Shown here in pieces: positions 58,815-64,000 of a DNA stretch of 64,000 nt. The stretch lies in IMG/VR virus record IMGVR_UViG_3300025000_000055; one strand, given 5' to 3'. The translations under genes and the position numbers were made by a program. The DNA is from a virus (Duplodnaviria > Caudoviricetes). The notes below the pieces were generated by a model. The model ran no database searches, was not told the DNA's origin, and saw only the letters and a list, made by a program, of their open reading frames with translations. Position 1 is the stretch's first letter, and each line of letters starts with the position of its first letter.

Positions 58815-60038
58815 AAATTTACAATGCACGTGATTCTTTAATTGTCGGGGAAGCCTTTTAAATATCTTACTACCAAACTATATTAGTAATAATATAGTGG
58901 CGAAGGGTAATGCCTTAGGTATGGTAACAAGGTAAGAAATTAGGTAATCCGCAGCTAAGTCTCTTTATTTGTTGTGTTAAAATAAGTTTTTAATAATAAA
59001 TAAACTTTTTATTAAAGGAGGTGATAAGATTGTTTTTTATAAATATAATAACAGAAAAGGAACAATGGAAAAAAATTTATATTAAAAATAAAATAACAAA
59101 ATATAGTATTAGTTCATATGGTAATATTAAAAATGAAGAAACTAATTATATATTACATCCTGCTAAGGATTCAGATGGGTATTTGATAGTTTCACTATAT
59201 CTTAATTCAAAGCGGTATATTAGGAAAATGCATAGATTAGTGGGAATAGCTTTTATACCTAATCCTGAAAATAAACCTACAGTTAATCATAAAGATGGTG
59301 TTAAATCTAATAATTATGTTTATAATTTAGAATGGGCTACTTATTCTGAACAAATGGTTCATGCATTTGAATTAGGTTTAGTTGAAGGTGGAAAAGGTGA
59401 AAAAAATTCCATGTGTAAATATTCAGAAAAAATAATTCATAATATATGTGAATTATTAGAAAATGGATATAATCGTTCAAAAATATCTAAAAAATTAGAA
59501 GTACCAAAAGATTTAATACAAAGAATTGTATTAGGAAGAAGTTGGACATATATATCATCATTATATAATATAGATCCTAAAAAAAGTAAAACTCCATATT
59601 CAAAAGGACAAGAACACTATCATGCATCTTGTAATGAAGAGATGATACATTCAGTTTGTAAATTATTAGAAGAAGGAAAATTATCAATTAAGGAAATATC
59701 TAAAAAATTAAATATTTCTAAATATATAATAAAACATATTTTATACAATAATACTTGGAAACAAATATCATCTCAATATAACGTGGATAATTTTAAAAAA
59801 TATAGACATAATACAACAACAAATAAAGAGAAAAGTTCAACGACTATCGAAAACAATATGTTTATCATTAATATAAAAATTGGTAAACATAGGGTAAGTA
59901 GGTAAACTCACAAGTCAATTAATGGTGGGTTGAAATGGGAAACCATCAAAAAGATGAAGATATAGTCTAGTATCCTAGTGAAAACTAGGGACGTTCATTA
60001 GAGAACTGCATAGTCTGACGAACTATGTGAATACAACG
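58815..60038 (+). mobile_element. group I intron 3 in the beta-prime gene (1224 nt) with HNH gene
   Basis: U|...G| boundaries give RSV|ISAPVFK; P1 GUGUA/UGCAC; P7 59842-59847/59962-59967; core nearly identical to intron 2. Confidence 0.92.
59021..59905 (+). CDS. NUMOD4-HNH homing endonuclease (probable TTG start 59030)
   Basis: WKKI..YSISSYGNI, GYLIVSL, MHRLVGIAFIPNPENKPTVNHKDGVKSNN..NLEW; two HTH-like repeats. Confidence 0.92.
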   Translation: MIRLFFINIITEKEQWKKIYIKNKITKYSISSYGNIKNEETNYILHPAKDSDGYLIVSLYLNSKRYIRKMHRLVGIAFIPNPENKPTVNHKDGVKSNNYVYNLEWATYSEQMVHAFELGLVEGGKGEKNSMCKYSEKIIHNICELLENGYNRSKISKKLEVPKDLIQRIVLGRSWTYISSLYNIDPKKSKTPYSKGQEHYHASCNEEMIHSVCKLLEEGKLSIKEISKKLNISKYIIKHILYNNTWKQISSQYNVDNFKKYRHNTTTNKEKSSTTIENNMFIINIKIGKHRVSR

Positions 60039-60735
60039 AATTTCTGCACCTGTATTTAAAGCAAATAGACCAGAAGAAATGAAGGTTGACTTTTATAATT
60101 GTGGTATTCCATTGTCACAATGCTGTTCATTATGTACACCGTTTATGATAACATGGGTAAAAAGATTTTTTCAAAGAGAATTAGAAAGATTATATAATAA
60201 ATATCCAGTTAGATTAAAAACAGAAGAAATTATTTATGTTAAATTAAAATCTCCGGAATTATATTTTAATGATGAATATATTGAAAAGCAAATTAATAAA
60301 TTTATTTCTAGTTATGGTGATAGATTTGAAAAAATTAAATTACCTGTAGATGATCCAAAATATGATAAAAATATTTATTTAAGTTTCATCGGCAGAGAAT
60401 ATATTAAAGGAGTTCCAGAAACAGAATCACCCTTAATACAAAGGCCTGCTACATGGTGTGATATTTTATATCAAGCAGCAGTTGAAATTACCTCTGACAA
60501 ACATGTATATGTAACACGGTATCCTGTTTTAGATTATTTTGGTACTTTTCCTAATAAAATTCATGTGTTATCAACACATGAAACTATTCCAATGTTTGTT
60601 GGTTTTAGGGTATATGAGCACTACCCTAAAATAGATATTAAAATGCCTAAAGATAAAGTTTCTGTTGCCTTTGCTGATACAGTAACAATGTCAAACCTGT
60701 ATTTAACAGGTCTCGGTGGGGATTACGACGGCGAT
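60039..60735 (+). CDS. rpoC: RNAP beta-prime-like subunit, exon 2 of 3 (contains catalytic DYDGD)
   Basis: VTRYPVL and GLGGDYDGD (NADFDGD equivalent). Confidence 0.92.
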
Positions 60736-61850
60736 TTTACGTTCGAAGAACTTTGGTCGCTCAGCAGTAGTAATATTGCTGATAGCATTCTGTGAACGCT
60801 TAACGAGCGGTGTGTGGGTTATTAAGAATAAAGTTGGAAAGATAACCTATGCTAACGGTAGAAGCGGAAATAAGTGGTATTTGACAGCCGACGAATATGC
60901 TTCGTAAGAGAACCTAAGGACCTGAAATATGGTTAGCTTGGTAATACCGTGTTTTTATGAATTAACTTTTCCCAAAAAATAAAAAAGTATTAAATGCTCA
61001 ACAATTCAATGAGGTGAGTAATTTGTTTAAAATTTCAGAAGAGGAATCTAAAGAATGTAAGAAATATTTTGGTGTTATTTATATGATTATTGATAAAACA
61101 AATAATAAAATATATGTTGGACAAACAAGAGACATTTTAAACCGTCTACGCCAATATAGATATGAAAGTAAAAAATTAACTAAACGTAATATTAATAGGG
61201 ATATTGGTATTGCTCTTTATGAAAAAGGAGAAAAGAATTTTGAATGTGTTATATTGGAGAAATGTAATTCATTGGTTGATTTAAATATGAAAGAGATTAA
61301 ATGGATAGAAAAACTTGACTCAAAAAATGTAGAAAAAGGATATAATATGGGTATTGGTGGAGAAGCGTATGAAAATAAAAGAGGGATTAAATTAACATGG
61401 GAAGAAAGATTAAAAAAATCAATACCAATAGTTGTATATGAAGATGGGCAATTTAAATATTATGAGGGTTCTAAACTCTTTGCTTCAATTATAGGAGTTG
61501 ACAGAACACATATAACAAGAGCAATAAAAAAGGAATTAAAGTTAAAAAGTATCTTATTTTTTATTATGAGAAAGATCTCTGTTACAACACTATTACTGAA
61601 ATTGAAAGAAATTTATATAATAGAAAAAAGATTTTAAAAGAAAAAGTTAAATACATTGAATTGGGGAAAGATTTAATTCATAGGAATGTAGAGATCATTC
61701 GAAATTTTAATATTTATATTAAATATTAAAATAGTAGAAGTACTAGCCAGTTTGAGGGCTGGTTGGGAAGCGCAGAACTCCTTTATATTTCTTATTCTTT
61801 ATAAAGGATGAAGAGATGATCCGTGCCATATGAAAATATGGATTATCATG
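60736..61850 (+). mobile_element. group I intron 4 in the beta-prime gene (1115 nt) with GIY-YIG gene
   Basis: U|...G| boundaries give DYDGD|QVSLKVLFSQEANLEA; P1 GCGAU/GUCGC; P7 GATCAT 61693-61698/ATGATC 61816-61821. Confidence 0.88.
61014..61637 (+). CDS. GIY-YIG homing endonuclease (C-terminus probably continues in the -1 frame to 61729)
   Basis: GVIYMI..NNKIYVGQT...R; E..WI..L....KGYN; NUMOD1-like HTH near the end. Confidence 0.88.
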   Translation: MSNLFKISEEESKECKKYFGVIYMIIDKTNNKIYVGQTRDILNRLRQYRYESKKLTKRNINRDIGIALYEKGEKNFECVILEKCNSLVDLNMKEIKWIEKLDSKNVEKGYNMGIGGEAYENKRGIKLTWEERLKKSIPIVVYEDGQFKYYEGSKLFASIIGVDRTHITRAIKKELKLKSILFFIMRKISVTTLLLKLKEIYIIEKRF

Positions 61851-62012
61851 CAAGTATCATTAAAGGTATTATTTTCACAAGAAGCTAATCTTGAGGCAGA
61901 AAGAATTATGAAATCAAAGGGTCATATTCTTAATATCTATGGACAAAATATGAGAAAGACAACAAATGAAGGTGCTCATACTTTATTTATGTTAACAAAG
62001 TTTAATAAATAA
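61851..62012 (+). CDS. rpoC: RNAP beta-prime-like subunit, exon 3 of 3
   Basis: QVSLKVLFSQEANLEAERIM matches the segment after NADFDGD. Confidence 0.88.
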   Translation, partial: QVSLKVLFSQEANLEAERIMKSKGHILNIYGQNMRKTTNEGAHTLFMLTKFNK

Positions 62013-62013
62013 A

Positions 62014-62055
62014 TATAAGATATAGATAGAAACTAATATTCTATCTATATCTTAT
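62014..62055 (+). terminator. 17-bp stem hairpin terminator
   Basis: ATAAGATATAGATAGAA..TTCTATCTATATCTTAT. Confidence 0.7.
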
Positions 62056-62058
62056 TTA

Positions 62059-62520
62059 TATATTATACCTATGGGGTAGATAATAAGAGTAAAAAATAAC
62101 TAAAGAAAAAATTGAACACATAATTAATAAAAAAAATAAAGAATATTGATGAAGATTGGATGAAATAACTGTTTTAAATGATTTTATTATTAAATTTAAT
62201 AATAAACCATATATACCAGCATATATGAAAATAATAAATCACTGTATTTACACCGGCAAACATTTCTCATATAGACGTAATGGAAGAGTTAAAATGTTTT
62301 AGATAAATATTAAAATTTATGTGATTTATTCACATATTTTTTTTCGTATAATTAACAATAATAGATATATATTATTTTAGTAATAATAAATAAAAAAAAT
62401 ATATTTTTAAGGGGGATTTATAATGATATATTGTTATGGTATTGGGTAAAATTAATAAGACTACCGAAGTATTATCTAGTGAAGATAAAATCTAAGAATC
62501 TTTTACTAACTGTTATATTA
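62059..62520 (+). pseudogene. decayed small early-type ORFs
   Basis: Two TATATTAT motifs and GGGG(G) SDs followed only by broken frames (e.g. MIYCYGIG*). Confidence 0.35.
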
Positions 62521-62603
62521 ATAAAGTTTATTAAAAAAATAAAGGTGTAATAATTCGCCTTTATTTTTTGTATGAACCTTAATCGCTATTATACCTTTTA
62601 AAG

Positions 62604-62990
62604 ACCCGTTTCCTAATAATAAAAAGAAATGGGGTGATCAGAAAATTGATATTATAAGATTTACAAACATAAATCATATTTATCAACGATACCGATAATA
62701 TTTTTTAAACCAAATAATTTATATCTTCTATCAGTAAAATAACATATAGAAGGGAGGGATGCCTATATACACATAAAGATGTATATGGGATAACCTCTAA
62801 TTATTTGCGAGTTTAAAAAATATTATTTTTATATAGCTTTATTTAAAATTCGCCCATAAATTCCCCATAGACACATGTGTATGTAGGCAATCTATGATGG
62901 ATGGGGACACTATCGGTTTAGAATACGATGAAGACTAGTTGCTGCCTATTTGTTACAATATATTTAGATAGTGTGAAAATATCTACTATT
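62604..62990 (+). ncRNA. candidate structured RNA or DNA element, class unknown
   Basis: ORF-free, GC-richer; nested stems and alternative pairings; strand uncertain. Confidence 0.45.
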
Positions 62991-63051
62991 TTATAATTAA
63001 ATATGTTACTGTTTAAATAGTGATAAAATGGTGAATTTACTTTCATAAAAT

Positions 63052-63093
63052 AAAAATAAAGCTCTGTGTAATAATCCACAGAGCTTTATTTTT
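63052..63093 (-). terminator. 17-bp stem hairpin terminator
   Basis: AAAAATAAAGCTCTGTG..CACAGAGCTTTATTTTT. Confidence 0.7.
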
Positions 63094-63462
63094 TTATTTT
63101 TTTTCAATAACATCCGGTATGATTTTCTTCTTTACAGACATAGTTGTAAATTCTTCAACCACACTGTCAACTACAATTGGTTCTTGTTTAGGAATTTCAA
63201 CAGGAATAGGTTCGGGTATAGTATTTACGGGTTCTTGATAAAGAATAATCTCTTCTTTATTATTTTCTTTATCAAAATTAATAGCCGTTAACTTTAATTC
63301 AGTACCATCTTTAAGTACCTCAACAACTTTAAGCCCCTGTGTAATCATAGAAAAAATAATATTAGTCTTTTCGGTATATGGTGTTAAAATTGGACCATAC
63401 ACACCACCTTTTGCTGCAATAGGTGTTATACTGAGAATTTTAATAATTTTAGTTTGCACCAT
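63094..63462 (-). CDS. hypothetical late-type protein (122 aa), Pro/Glu-rich tail
   Basis: AAGGGGGG SD; operon under promoter 63753-63764. Confidence 0.75.
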   Translation of the reverse strand: MVQTKIIKILSITPIAAKGGVYGPILTPYTEKTNIIFSMITQGLKVVEVLKDGTELKLTAINFDKENNKEEIILYQEPVNTIPEPIPVEIPKQEPIVVDSVVEEFTTMSVKKKIIPDVIEKK

Positions 63463-63476
63463 TTTAATAACCCCCC

Positions 63477-63728
63477 TTAATAATTAGTTTCCGGAATAAA
63501 ACTTTCTTTAATATGTTTTAATTTCTCTTCCATGTCTTTTTCTTCATCAAACTCTGGAATATCCTCGGCAAGTTTCTTAATTTCAATATCCTCGTCATCA
63601 ATTAATATACCAGTATCATCTAAAATTGCATCACGAATATCATCGTTATCCCCATTTGTACTCATGGCTTCAAATACAAATGTTTCTTGTTCACTTTTAC
63701 GAATAGTCTTTTTTAGACCAGATAACAT
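63477..63728 (-). CDS. small acidic late-type protein (83 aa), possibly head-associated
   Basis: GGAGG SD; FVFE/A and HIKE/S motifs; AACA-N6-TA 63753-63764. Confidence 0.65.
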   Translation of the reverse strand: MLSGLKKTIRKSEQETFVFEAMSTNGDNDDIRDAILDDTGILIDDEDIEIKKLAEDIPEFDEEKDMEEKLKHIKESFIPETNY

Positions 63729-63774
63729 AATATATCAAACCTCCAATCTTTTTATTAAATTGTTTAGATGAAAA

Positions 63775-64000
63775 TTAGTTATTAGAAACAAATTTATTAT
63801 AATAATATCGAAGAATAAATAATAATATAGGAATTTTAATATATGAATTAAATGTATATTCTATAAATTCATATTCTTCTAATTGTTCTAAATTTATATT
63901 ATATACAGAATTAATATGTTTATTAAAATAATCCACCATTAAATTTTCAATAATAAATTCATCATTTAATTTAATATCTGTTAATATAGCAGATAACACA
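63775..64000 (-). CDS. 3' end of a hypothetical gene, truncated by the window edge
   Basis: Frame runs off the window. Confidence 0.55.
   Translation of the reverse strand, partial: VLSAILTDIKLNDEFIIENLMVDYFNKHINSVYNINLEQLEEYEFIEYTFNSYIKIPILLFILRYYYNKFVSNN

Noticed and set aside
60716-60907. 63-aa ORF overlapping the exon 2/intron 4 junction
   Set aside because: Lies in intron core sequence with no SD; incidental
8835-61850. RNAP fragments read as pseudogenes, inteins or stop-codon recoding
   Set aside because: Insertions contain stops in all frames, have group I cores with U/G boundaries, and splicing restores exact frames; TAA, TAG and TGA all end normal genes
62115-62126. AACA-N6-TA as promoter for the 62.6 kb structured element
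   Set aside because: About 480 nt upstream and inside a decayed ORF; within chance expectation
1-64000. CRISPR array, tRNA, rRNA
   Set aside because: No regularly spaced direct repeats and no cloverleaf or rRNA signatures were found by eye

Overview
Very AT-rich 64 kb segment of a jumbo myophage of the phiKZ/AR9(PBS1)-like type. The host is probably a Bacillota member (GGAGG/GGGGG Shine-Dalgarno sites, SH3b and glucosaminidase domains; inference). The window carries beta-like and beta-prime-like subunits of a phage multisubunit RNA polymerase. Each gene is split by two group I introns whose splice sites can be placed to the nucleotide and which restore open frames of 1371 aa and 524 aa. Three introns carry homing endonucleases (two HNH, one GIY-YIG). 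The fourth carries an antisense non-nuclease gene with its own promoter-like motif, SD and terminator. Also present: a 3290-aa tape-measure-like protein with C39-like and lysozyme-like domains, a baseplate module, a tandem family of inner-head-like paralogs, RusA, a PC4-like protein, a 5'-3' exonuclease-like protein, a glucosaminidase, four HExxH proteins, and a 1075-aa polyvalent protein whose seven domains are each bounded by a putative prohead-protease motif (hydrophobic-hydrophobic-x-E then a small residue). Two promoter motifs partition the genes: AACA-N6-TA (matches the AR9 late consensus) and TATATTAT (early-type). Three uncharacterised structured-RNA candidates and two candidate -1 frameshifts were found. 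No tRNA, rRNA or CRISPR array was seen. All family assignments come from motif recognition by eye, not from database searches.
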